A stretch of 64,000 nt of DNA from NCBI RefSeq assembly GCF_006345805.1, contig NC_043020.1:22506001-22570000 (forward strand). Direction: 5' to 3'. The position numbers were made by a program, and so were the translations under genes. Source of the stretch: Octopus sinensis (Eukaryota). Under the pieces are notes generated by a model. It did no database searches, was not told the origin of the DNA, and worked only from the letters and a program-made list of their open reading frames with translations. This document shows, in pieces, positions 25,252-36,720 of this stretch (within the stretch, counting starts at the first letter, position 1; the number at the start of each line of letters is the position of its first letter).

Positions 25252-25292
25252 TTAATATATGTAACGTTACAGTCTGAAGATGTATGGGTAGT

Positions 25293-25681
25293 CTCTCTCT
25301 CTTTTACTTGTTTCAGTCATTTGACTGCGGCCATGCTGCAGCACCGCCTTTAGTCGAGCAAATCGACCCCGGGACTTATTCTTTGTAAGCCCAGTACTTA
25401 TTCTATCGGTCTCTTTTGCCGAACTGCTAAGTGACAGGGACGTAAACACACCAGCATCAGTTGTCAAGTAATGCTAGAGAGACAAACACAGACAAACATA
25501 TACACACACACATATATACGACAGGCTTCTTTCAGTTTCCGTCTACCAAATCCACTCACAAGGCTTTGGTCGGCCCGAGGCTATAGCAGAAGACATTTGC
25601 CCAAGATGCCACGCAGTGGGACTGAACCCGGAACCATGTGGTTGGTTAGCAAGCTACTTACCACACAGCCCCTCCTGCGCC
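25293..25681 (-). mobile_element. SINE family A, full length
   Basis: Complete head and tail on minus strand. Confidence 0.88.
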
Positions 25682-25825
25682 TGTGAGTAAATTTTGCACA
25701 ACTTTGTATAATGTAATTTAAATGACAAATAAAAATATATGGATCAGTTTTTGAGGTAAAAGAATATATCGATAGTTCAACAATATACAATTCTAGTAGA
25801 ATTTTACTATTGAATCTCTACTTTT

Positions 25826-26197
25826 TATTTCGTTTGGATTTGGTTTGCAAGATTCTTTATGTGAGTTCATGTGTTGAAGCATATTCTGTTGTGTCTGGGG
25901 AGAGTCATTTTCTTTTTGTGCCTTATAATTTAACACACTCACTGGTAAAATTTCAATAAAAATAAGAAATAAGTGGAAATTTTACCGGTGAGTGTGTTAA
26001 CCCTTTAGTGTTTGCATTATTCTGCCAAAATTAATGCTTTTTTTATCCACATTGTTTTGAACTAATCATGCATTATCTTGTAGCTAGTTTGAACATAAAA
26101 CAGGGAGAATATTTTTGGCCGGATATGGCCAGTTTAAAAACTAAAGGGTTAAATCATAAGGCACAAAAAGAAAATGACTCTCCCCAGACACAACAGA
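25826..26197. mobile_element. Penelope-like hairpin insertion Y with nested piggyBac-type MITE (26001-26148)
   Basis: 10-bp TSD CTCTACTTTT; 69-bp inverted arms; nested CCCTTTAG...CTAAAGGG element with TTAA duplication. Confidence 0.65.
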
Positions 26198-26532
26198 CTC
26201 TACTTTTAATTATCTTTAATATCTTAAACTATTTCTCTATCATTTCAGGATATGAGGGACATTGCCATGAAGGATATATAATCAATATATATCGTCATTC
26301 ACAGAGAAGAGGAAGATTTTATACAGATGAACTACAACTCTTGTTCCTATAAATTTCTCCATGTGTAACTGAAAGTTAGTTCTTCTGAGTGAGACATTCT
26401 TCTTCATTGCATAAAATGTGTATGAGATGGTTTTGTATTCTGCTTAAATTTTGACTGATTTACAAAGTAGTTTGCTACCGCTTGCTGATAACAACAGAGA
26501 TAACATTTGAAGTAAAAAAAAATCTAAGAACA

Positions 26533-27375
26533 ATGGATCTTTCTGAAGAATTGCCAAAGGAGGTGAGAAGATCAGCATATCGCTGTGATATCTGTCAACG
26601 AACATTTTCTCTAAAAAGTAGACTTACCAACCATAAATGTGTACCCACAGAGGAGAAAACATACAACTGTGATACCTGTGGTAAATCATTCTCTCGACTG
26701 GATCACTTATGTACACACAAACGCTTACATACAGGAGAAAGGCCATATACCTGTAATATCTGTGGTAATTCATTCTCTGTAGCAAGTCACCTAAACAGTC
26801 ATAAACGTACTCATACAGGTGAAAAACCATATCATTGTGATATCTGTGGTAAATCATTCTCTCAGACTAATGGCTTAACTAGCCACATACGTACTCATAC
26901 AGGTGAGAAACCATATCAGTGTAACATTTGTGGGGAATCTTTCTCTGAAAGGGGTAACTTGGCTAAACACAAAAATATTCATACAGGTGAGAAGTCTTAT
27001 CATTGTGACATCTGTGGCAAATCATTCTTTCAAAAAGTACATTTGAATTCTCACAGACGTACTCATACAGGTGAGAGACCGTATCACTGTGACGTTTGCG
27101 GTACTTCATTCATTTATGCTGATACATTAACTAAACACAAACGTACTCACACGGGAGAAAAGCCGTATTGCTGTGATACTTGCGGTAAATCCTTCATTGA
27201 AGGAGGTTCATTAACTGTTCACAGACGTATTCATACAGGTGAGAAGCCATATCCATGTGATATCTGCGGCATATCATTCTGCCGAACCAGTCAGTTAACA
27301 GTACATAAAAGACGCATTCATACAGGGGAGAAATCATATCACTGCAACAACCTGTGGGAGATCATTCACAAGTAG
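26533..27375 (+). CDS. ZF3: C2H2 protein, 8 canonical fingers, degenerate F1, frameshifted last finger
   Basis: ATG 26533 (MDLSEELPKE) aligns with paralogue starts; F1 ends HKCVP; +1 frameshift near 27351. Confidence 0.88.
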   Translation: MDLSEELPKEVRRSAYRCDICQRTFSLKSRLTNHKCVPTEEKTYNCDTCGKSFSRLDHLCTHKRLHTGERPYTCNICGNSFSVASHLNSHKRTHTGEKPYHCDICGKSFSQTNGLTSHIRTHTGEKPYQCNICGESFSERGNLAKHKNIHTGEKSYHCDICGKSFFQKVHLNSHRRTHTGERPYHCDVCGTSFIYADTLTKHKRTHTGEKPYCCDTCGKSFIEGGSLTVHRRIHTGEKPYPCDICGISFCRTSQLTVHKRRIHTGEKSYHCNNLWEIIHK

Positions 27376-28140
27376 AAGGTCCTTAACTGCTCATAAACGG
27401 AATCATTCAAATGAGAAACCATATAATTGATATCTTCAATGGAGCAAGTCATTTATTGATACAGATGAGACACATTCATACAAAAGAAAAATCATGTGAT
27501 TACAATATATCTGGTAAATCTTTCACTGATGGAAGTACATTAACTGATCAAAAATGTATTCATACAGGTCTGAAGCCATATAGTGTTATCATCATCATTT
27601 AGTGTTTTTTTTCCAGGCTAGCACGGGTAAGACTATTTGACTAGAGCTGGTAAGTTGTTGAGCTGCACCAGACTCCTGTCTGTTGTGTGTATAGTAAATT
27701 GGTCTGGCCTAATTCAGCTGATACATTTTCATACAGGTGAGAAACCATACTACTGTAATATCTTTGGTGAATGACTATGAAAGGTGTTATTTAACTAAAG
27801 ACAAATACACTCTCACAGGAGAGAACTTATATTACTGGGATGTTGTGGTACACTATTCTCTTAAACAAGTTATATAACTATTCACAGGTGTATCTATACA
27901 AGAGAAGAAACCATTCAGTGTGATATTTGTGTTAAATCTCTCTTCTAAAATAGTGATGCAATTAAGCACAAACTTATACAGGGGGAATAATCTGACATCT
28001 GTGGTAAATTGCTCTGCTTTTATTACTCACAAATGCATTCAGACAGAAGTAAAAATTATAATACTGTGATATCGGTAGTAAATCATTTTATCAAAATAGT
28101 CATTTAACCAAACACAAATGTATTCAATCCAATGAAAATC
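27376..28140 (+). pseudogene. Decayed finger array after ZF3
   Basis: Repeated cattcatac/aggtgagaaacc/tgtgatat remnants, colinear with 35959-36720. Confidence 0.8.
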
Positions 28141-29811
28141 TGTACCACATATCTGAGATATCAGTATTCTTATGTGGCCAAGGACATGACAGCCTCTGTA
28201 GTGCTGGCTCTACACCAAAATACATCCAGTACACTTTCAAAGAGACAGTGATATGTAGGGAAGTATTCCCCAAAATGGCGCATAGAATTCAAATGTTTTT
28301 CCTCATCCATGAAACATGGAATAGAGCCTAATGTCAATTTGTTTCGTTTTTCTTTTCTGGTATTAATAATTCTCCGTTAATTATAAATATTGTTTTGCAT
28401 CGGTTACTAATTCATGCAGTGTTATGAGAATGAATTGAGTTTCAGATTAATCATTTTGTCCATGTTATACTTTGCAATCTGATTCATTCTGAGTTTTGCT
28501 CATTCACTAAAAATATGCTTATTTCAACATAAATGCAAGTTAGAAAAATATAGGATCATAACTTACAGCTATTTTCAAAATCAAATTTCAATTCAAAGGT
28601 AAAGTTTTTTGCTGCATTTTATTCCAGCATAAAATATAACTTATTACAATATAATTGATTCAAGATAAATTCTGTTTTTGAGAATAATACAGTTTAGGAT
28701 AATTAAAAATCATTGCTGTTGACAGAGATCTTAACTTAAAATGCGTGCTGCTTCACCTTCTGGTATTTAAGCCATCTACCTCAGAAAATTAAAGTATTTG
28801 TATGTTTTATTAATATAGTTATCCCTAGGATGAATCATGTCTCACCAAGGGATCATAGTGTTTATAGCCTTGTTAAGTATCCCAATACCCGGGATTAAAG
28901 TTTTGTCATATGCTGACATTGAAAATTAAAATAGACTCAAATGTCTTTAAATGATGAAACCAGTAGCCCGATTGTGTTGAGTGAATTACTTGTCAACTTC
29001 TCCATGAATGTGCATTTTGATCAGCTGCTCTGTGCTTTTTAATACCTGGAATAAAAAACATCTCTTGGAACACAGGTAGTTCTTGTGAGGAAAAGCATCT
29101 GTCCAGTCCAATCAAGTATGGGAAAACAAACATTAAATATAATGATTGAAGAAATAATTTTGGTCAATAGACGTGTCTTTTCTCATAGTGATGTCTGAGT
29201 ATAAAACGGAGAGATACAGGCAGCAAAATAAGAGTTGGCAAGGAGTTCTGGGAAGAAATTAGGGTGCTAATAGGTGTAATTCACAGTTTGGTTCTGGGTT
29301 TGATATTATCTATTATGATTCTTGCAGTCATATCAGGAATTTAAGACCATATATATGCTGCAAACATAGTCCTTATAGCAGAGATTAGGGAGGTATTTGG
29401 ATAAGCAATTCCAAATGTGAAAGTGTGGTGGTGGTGGTGAAAAGCAAAGTCGACCTTGACAGAATTTGAACTCAGAACGTAGTGGCAGACGAAATGCCAC
29501 TAAGCATTTCACCCGGTGTGCTAACGATTCTGCCAGCTCACCACCGGAAGGCTTATAACACCATTGCGAACCTTGGTTATAATCAGTGTCAATCACTCAG
29601 TTAATTTTGTCGATCCTATTTCTCATGCTTCAACCAATCATGTAGAGGGAATGTAGAACAGGGCCAAAAGACAGAATAAAAGAGAAATTGGAACAGCAAG
29701 GACATGTCTTAATAGTTATTTAGTTGAATTCATGTGGTGATATCACTTTAATGATGATCCGTTCCAGAATCTTTTGAATGGTATGTGAAATGTTTATAAT
29801 CTATAATTTTC

Positions 29812-30330
29812 GGATTTTTCGGTTTGAACGGCAGTTTTTTCTAGCGGTGTCATATGAAATTGTCACCCATAATTATGACCCTAGTATCGATCTATTGCAT
29901 TTCAATCTGTTTTAGGGTTAGGGGTGGGGGGAAGGATAGTTTTTTTCTTCACAAATGTAAATAAACCCTATCTGTTTCTTAAACGAGGGACATATTCATA
30001 CAGCACAGAATGTTTTCACCTCAATAGACGTCAGTGATTGGTTGAAATTGCAGAAATTAAAGAAAAAAACAACAAATATCTTACAAACTATAGAATTTTC
30101 TCAATAAAGCCAAGAGAAAAAGATGTTTTATAAACACATTCTACCAGTATACGAAGTTTAAAAGTGTTTAGTTACGTGGAAATTATTTTAAAAAACTGCC
30201 GGTCAAACCGAAAAGACCTCTAACCCTAAAACAGATTGAAATGCAATAGATCGATACTAGGGTCATAATTATGGGTGACAATTTCATATGACACCGCTAG
30301 AAAAAACTGCCGTTCAAACCGAAAAGATCC
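29812..30330 (+). mobile_element. MITE M1 (29812-30218) plus inverted partial M1 (30219-30330)
   Basis: Full copy followed by the reverse complement of the first ~110 bp of the element. Confidence 0.85.
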
Positions 30331-30345
30331 CAGCTTAGAAAAGTA

Positions 30346-33049
30346 GGTTAAACTAAAGCGTTACGCCATTCAAAGAATCAAAAAAAAAAATATGTGTAAT
30401 AGGTGTAAAACAACTTCCTATGAACGAATATGAAAAAAAAAATGCCCGCACGAGAAAGGGGGTGGGGGAGATGCCTCGGAAAATTCACATCGGGAATTTC
30501 CGAAAGCGTCTGAGGGATTGACCCGGGCACCAAAACAAAAAAAAATAGTGTAATATGTGTAAAACAACTTGCTCTAAACGAATATGATAAAAAAAATGCG
30601 CGCTCGCGAAAGGGGGGTGGGGGAGAGGGTTCGGAAATTTCACATCTTCAGTCCACGGCCTTTAAACTAAGAAAAAATTGTGTAATTGGTGTAAAACTAC
30701 TTGTTCTAAACGAGGATCAAGAACACACACTCACACATGAATCATAAACTCCGTATTTTTGTACATATTTCGCAAAAAAAAATAATAAATAAAGAGAAGA
30801 AATTTTGGAAAAAGTGAAGAAATGTTGGATCTCCGCCATGTGAATCAAAATACGTGTCAGAAACATCTTGAAATACTACAGAAATTATGTTACGAAAATG
30901 ATAATGTATACATACCTCTTTGAGTGGTCCATCGACAGTGTTGATAAAGAAATGAGATGGGTTGCGTTTGGAGGAAAAAATTATCTCGGGCCAGGATAAA
31001 GACTTGCTGCTACCAATAAGAATACGTGTATTCTCTTGGCAGCAGGTTTAATGCTGTCCATAAAAAGGAACTTGGCGATGTATTGTTTTAAGTAACAAGC
31101 ACGAATGTCTGGGCGAACAACTGATCTCTTAACTGACCCCCACAATCTCTCTATCGTCTGTGTGTGCACCGACGCGTTTGTCGGATCAACAAAGTTTTCA
31201 CTGTGGTTGATGCGGAAGTGGGTATACCCGAGATTTCCAAGAGAGTTATACGCAGCCCAAGAATCGCTATATACTACCGACCCTTGGCGTATATATCGGG
31301 TAATTAAGGGGATCAGTGTGGCGGCATCTCGCCTTTCCTCTTCACCACACTCAGATGAAAGAGGTATCAAAACTTTTTTTTTGCCTATTCACTCTATCCC
31401 ACCGAAAAGCCAGATAGTTTTTGTGAGTCTTCCACGATTGTATTTCCTCCTTACAATAACTGTTTCATCGATCTCTACTTCAACTCCTGGTCCACCGATT
31501 TAGTCCCGGTAATTCTCTATCCAATGCTGACAAACCTCGGAGCAGAAGGATCGCCAATCAATTGAGGTCGGATACGAAATGTTCAAATTTTCCACGACTA
31601 ATGCATGCGACCAACAGTCTGTAAGGAAGTAATTCACAAATAACAGGATTTTACAGGGTGGTAGCTGATTCCGCTCCAAAAATGTGTTGCTGTATAGGGA
31701 TATTGAATATCCACATTGCGTTGGCCTTTGCCTTCGACGGCGAACAGTCCTTCCACATCGGAAGATGTTTGTATTTTCGCGCAATGTACATGGTAAATTG
31801 CATCTAGGGCAGTCAACTGTGTTGGGAATGATATTATGTTTTCGAAAGAAATCTCATGCCTCACTGTCATTAGTAAATCGCGAATCCCATCCTGTAATGT
31901 TAATTCACATGAATTGCAAAGTGCCATTCTCTATCATACAACTTAACGCTTGTGTATCTACGACTGAAATGAATAAGAACTTGTTCTGTACCAAGGAGCG
32001 GGAAATCCTCCACACCAGAAGATGGGATGAGTAAACACTGGTCAATGAAAGGTCAGTCTTGTCTAAGGACAGTTGTTTACAAGACGATTGTTGGTACCAA
32101 GTTATAGGCCCCTAAGGACAGTGTCCTTAAGGACATTTGATAAGGCATTTCTTGGGCTGCGTATAACTCTCTTGGAAATCTCGGGTATACCCACTTCCGC
32201 ATCAACCACAGTGAAAACTTTGTTGATCCGACAAACGCGTCGGTGCACACACAGACGATAGAGAGATTGTGGGGGTCAGTTAAGAGATCAGTTGTTCGCC
32301 CAGGCATTCGTGCCTGTTACTTAAAACAATACATCGCCAAGTTCCTTTTTATGGACAGCATTAAACCTGCTGCCAAGAGAATACACGTATTCTTATTGGT
32401 AGCAGCAAGTCTTTATCCTGGCCCGAGATAATTTTTTCCTCCAAACGCAACCCATCTCATTTCTTTATCATCACTGTCGATGGACCACTCAAAGAGGTAT
32501 GTATACATTATCATTTTCGTAACATAATTTCTGTAGTATTTCAAGATGTTTCTGACACGTATTTTGATTCACATGGCGGAGATCCAACATTTCTTCACTT
32601 TTTCCAGAATTTCTTCTCTTTATTTATTTTTTTTTTTGCGAAATATGTACAAAAATACAGAGTTTATGATTCATGTGTGAGTGTGTGTTCTTGATCCTCG
32701 TTTAGAACAAGTAGTTTTACACCAATTACACAATTTTTTCTTAGTTTAAAGGCCGTGGACTGAAGATGTGAAATTTCCGAACCCTCTCCCCCACCCCCCT
32801 TTCGCGAGCGCGCATTTTTTTAATCATATTCGTTTAGAGCAAGTTGTTTTACACATATTACACTATTTTTTTTTTTTGTTTTGGTGCCCGGGTCAGACGC
32901 TTTCGGAAATTCCCGATGTGAATTTTCCGAGGCATCTCCCCCACCCCTCTTTCGCGTGCGGGCATTTTTTTTTCATATTCGTTCATAGGAAGTTGTTTTA
33001 CACCTATTTTTTTTTGATTCTTTGAATGGCGTAACGCTTTAGTTTAACC
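30346..33049. mobile_element. Merlin (IS1016/IS1595-like) DNA transposon, fold-back form
   Basis: TIR GGTTAAACTAAAGCGTTACGCC; 8-bp TSD GAAAAGTA (30338-30345, 33050-33057); ~910-bp inverted arms; subterminal ~140-bp tandem repeats. Confidence 0.92.
30981..31927 (-). pseudogene. Merlin DDE transposase pseudogene
   Basis: CPRC...RC...C; IGGPGVEVEIDETVIVRRKYNRGR; WLFGGIE; YSDSWAAY; NHSENFVDP; HTQTIERLW. In-frame stops at 31854-31856, 31500-31502, 31389-31391; N-terminal frame uncertain. Confidence 0.9.
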
Positions 33050-33329
33050 GAAAAGTATATTATTGTGCCAAATTAAGAAATTTTCGATAAACTTTAATTT
33101 TTTGAAATGCTGACAACCAAACAAACTGCATCCAGATTTTTAAGTAAAATAAAGTCTCTACTCGAAACATTCCAGGACCGCATTGGTCGGAGACTCTACC
33201 ATTCCAGCTATTTTGTTAAGGTTCTTTCTACAGATATTCTATAGAACTTAAAGCCAGCACTGTCTTTTGCTACAACGTTTCGTATCGAGACGTCAGATAT
33301 AAACAGACAATGTCATCGCAGGCAAAAGT

Positions 33330-33392
33330 GGCTAATGAGTGTATATGCCATATTTCGAGGGTTGTTGCCCCTTCTTCAGCACTCATCTAACC
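33330..33392 (-). ncRNA. Type I hammerhead ribozyme
   Basis: GGUUA g AUGAGUG CUGAAGA a GGGG caacaa CCCUC GAAA UAU ggc AUA U A^CACUCAU UAGCC: stem I 7+5 bp, stem II 4 bp, stem III 4 bp, AUA site. Confidence 0.75.
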
Positions 33393-33439
33393 TACGAAGT
33401 ACCACGTACCTATAAATCTTAATGATTACTTTTGAGGTT

Positions 33440-33674
33440 ATAATTCTTGGGATCGAAAGTTCGGCTGGAGACGTAAAGTCAGCTTCACTTGCAAATTGTC
33501 ACAAATTAGGATTTTATTGCAGAAGGAAGTTGGAAGCTGAGGGAAGGAAATAAACTTGGAAGTTCTATAGAGAAACATCAATGAATTTCGTTTTAACTAT
33601 CAGATATTTGCACTGGTAGTTTGGTGAAAACATATGACTCACTGATTTACTGTTTACACCTGAAAACGGTAAGT
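33440..33674 (+). promoter_or_regulatory. Putative exon 1 of ZF4 with donor
   Basis: ggatcgaaagttcggctggagacgtaaagtcagcttcac block; tgaaaacg|GTaagt (33669); acceptor atttcAG 34626-34627. Confidence 0.68.
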
Positions 33675-33727
33675 TGATAAACGCCTGTTTTAATGCAGTA
33701 ATAATGTATGTAAATAGTAGAATCGTG

Positions 33728-33868
33728 GGTGAACCTTGTAAGTGGCTTTGTTTACATTTATGAAGATAACAGAAACCCTTTTTTCCCACCCCTAACCCTA
33801 AGCCCCCATATATATATATATAAAACACCTTCTTGAAATGTTTCCGGGACGTATATCGAAGTTACGCC
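33728..33868. mobile_element. MITE family M2
   Basis: Ends ...gaagttacgCC; 8-bp TSD GAATCGTG. Confidence 0.8.
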
Positions 33869-34109
33869 GAATCGTGTTTCACTTGGCTGATAAGGTGATT
33901 ATATGGAAGTGAAATAGCGGAGTTCTAAACGAAGAACCATTTAACCTGTCGGGATATTATGGATTGTGGATCGAAGCACACTTTGTAGCTTTTGCGTTTC
34001 CTTATTTTGGGGGGAATTGTCAGAAAATTTTCGCCAATTTGGTGCCAGTGGGAGTAACCTAATCGTTTCTACTGTAGGGTATGGGTTTTCTTGAGTACAG
34101 TAAGGCACC

Positions 34110-34475
34110 ATGTATCTCAATTTTATGTAATCTAGCCTGAAATGTTCATTGTCCTTAGGTCATTTCTCAGTTCTTCATCCCATGTATTCCTGGGTCTCCT
34201 GCTTCCACTTGTTCTATCTACTTTCAGTCATCAACATTTCGTTATGGGACTATCAGCATCCACGTGCATCACATGACCAAACCAGTGCAGTCTTCTCTCT
34301 TGCACACAGCATCTAATTCCTCCTATGCCTAACTTCTCTCTCAATACACTAGCACCCTGATAAACATGTACACATACATTACACATCCAGCAGAACATGC
34401 TAGACTCATTCCTCTTTAATCTTCACATGTCCTCTGCATTCAAGGCCCACATCTCACTACCATGTAAAATTGCTG
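34110..34475 (-). mobile_element. Old RTE RT relic, shared with ZF5 intron (42178-42345)
   Basis: ILHGSEMWAL...RRLHWFGHV...RRPRNTWDE on minus strand. Confidence 0.7.
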
Positions 34476-34983
34476 TCCGTATACATAATTCAAATAACAG
34501 ATGAAGAAGCAGTTTTTAAAGTAAATGAACTTGGTTTTATCAATTTGGAATTAATGTAAAATGTCACTGTAAAATCCCTACTTTTTACTTATCTTTAATA
34601 TCTTACACTGTTTTGCTATCATTTCAGAATATCAGATGAGATTGGTGTTAAAGATATATTCTCAATATTTGTCACCATTTACAGAGAAATGGAAGATTTT
34701 ATACAACTCTTCTGTAAATTTATTTTTTGAGTTACTGAAAGTTCGTCCAAGTGAAACATATCCCCTCATTGTGTAGAAGGCCTATAAGAGGATTTTGGAG
34801 TCTAATTCAGTTTGGACTGATTGACAAAGCAGTAGTTTGCTACCACTTTCTGATAACAACAAAGATAACAGTTGATGGAGGTATTGCAGTCGAAAGCTTT
34901 TCATCAGTGCTGTAATAAGTAAAGAGGATGGAAAATATCAATATAACTATTGTGTGAAATTAAAATAAAATAAAAATAAAAGA

Positions 34984-35958
34984 ATGAATTTTTCTGAAGA
35001 ATTGCCAAAGAAGGAGGGAAAATCATCATATCGCTGTGATGTCTGTCAAAAGACATTCTCTCTTGAGAATAGCCTTTCCAACCATAAATGTATTCACAGA
35101 AAAGAGAAACGACACAACTGTGATATCTGTGGTATATCATTTTCTCGTACGGATTACTTAAATAATCATAAACGATTACATACAGGTGAAAGGCCATATG
35201 TGTGTAATATCTGTGGTAGTTCATTCTCTGTAGCAAGTAGCTTAAACAGACATAAACGTACTCATACAGGTGAGAAACCGTTTCATTGTGACACCTGTGG
35301 TAAATCTTTCTCTCAGACTTATGACTTAACACGACACATACGTACTCATACAGGTGAGAAACCATATCAGTGTAACATTTGTGGTGAGTCATTCTCCGAA
35401 AGGGGTAATTTGGCTAAACACAAAAACATTCATACAGGTGAGAAGTCACATCGCTGTGACATCTGTGGCAAATCATTCTTTCAAAAAGTACATTTAAATT
35501 CTCACAGAGGTATTCATACAGGAGAGAAACCATATCACTGTGATATCTGCGGTAAGTCATTCATTGATGCTGGTAAGTTAACTAAACACAAACGTACTCA
35601 CACAGGAGAAAAGCCATATCCCTGTGAAATCTGTGGTAAATTATTCTCTCACTCGAGTCAGTTAATAGTACACAGGAGACGCATTCATACAAGTGAGAAG
35701 CCATATCATTGTGATATCTGTGGTAAATCATTCATTGTTGGAGGTTCATTAACTGTTCACAGACGTATTCATACTGGTGAGAAGCCATATCCATGTGATA
35801 TCTGTGGCATATCATTCCGTCTAACTAATCAGTTAACGAAACATAGGAAACGCATTCATACGGGAGAGAAACCATATCACTGCAATCACTGTGGTAGATC
35901 ATTCACAAGTGGAAGGTCATTAACTGCTCATAAACAGAACCATAAGGATAAGAATTGA
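34984..35958 (+). CDS. ZF4: C2H2 protein, 11 fingers, 324 aa
   Basis: Intact array; [10 protein letters not shown] leader. Confidence 0.93.
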   Translation: MNFSEELPKKEGKSSYRCDVCQKTFSLENSLSNHKCIHRKEKRHNCDICGISFSRTDYLNNHKRLHTGERPYVCNICGSSFSVASSLNRHKRTHTGEKPFHCDTCGKSFSQTYDLTRHIRTHTGEKPYQCNICGESFSERGNLAKHKNIHTGEKSHRCDICGKSFFQKVHLNSHRGIHTGEKPYHCDICGKSFIDAGKLTKHKRTHTGEKPYPCEICGKLFSHSSQLIVHRRRIHTSEKPYHCDICGKSFIVGGSLTVHRRIHTGEKPYPCDICGISFRLTNQLTKHRKRIHTGEKPYHCNHCGRSFTSGRSLTAHKQNHKDKN

Positions 35959-36720
35959 TATCTTTGATAAATCATTCAATGGAACAAGTCATTTATTGAT
36001 ACAGATGAGACACATTCATACAAAAGAAAATCATGATTACAATATCTCTGGTAAATCTTTCACTGATGAAAGTAGATTAACTAGTCAAAAATGTATTCAT
36101 ACTGGTCAGAAGCCATATAGTGTTATCATCATCATCATTTAATGTTCTTTTTTCCAGGCTAGCAGGGGTCAGACTATTTGATTAGAGCTGGTAAGTTGTA
36201 GAGTTGCCCCAGGCTCCACACTGTTGTATGTATTGTAAATTGTTTTAGCTAAATTAGGCTGAAACATTTTCATACAGGTGAGAAACCAACCAACCTACTG
36301 TAATATGTTTGGTGAATATGAAAGGTGTTATTTAACTAAAGACAAATACACTCTCACAGAAGAGAACTTTACTGGGATGTTGTACACTATTCTCTTAGAC
36401 AAGTCATTTAACTATTCACAGATGTATCAATACTAGAGAAGAAACCATTCAGTGTGATATTTGTGTTAAATCTCTCTTCTAAAATAGTGATGCAATTAAG
36501 CACAAACTTATACAGGGGAAATAATCATATCACTGACATCTGGTAAATTGCTTTGCTTTTATTACTCACGAATGCATTCAGACAGAAGTAAAAATTATAA
36601 TATTGTGATATCGGTAGTAAATCATTTTATCAAAATAGTCATTTAACCAAACACAAATGTATTCAATCCAAAGAAAATCTGCATCATACTGATATCTGTG
36701 GCAAATCACTTTCTTTATGA
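35959..36720 (+). pseudogene. Decayed finger array after ZF4
   Basis: Colinear with the ZF3 tail, including a shared old RTE-tail insertion near 36125. Confidence 0.8.

Noticed and set aside
26249-26532. Leader exon segment as a hidden N-terminal domain
   Set aside because: Reading frames are not conserved among paralogues and all stop before the ZF ATG.
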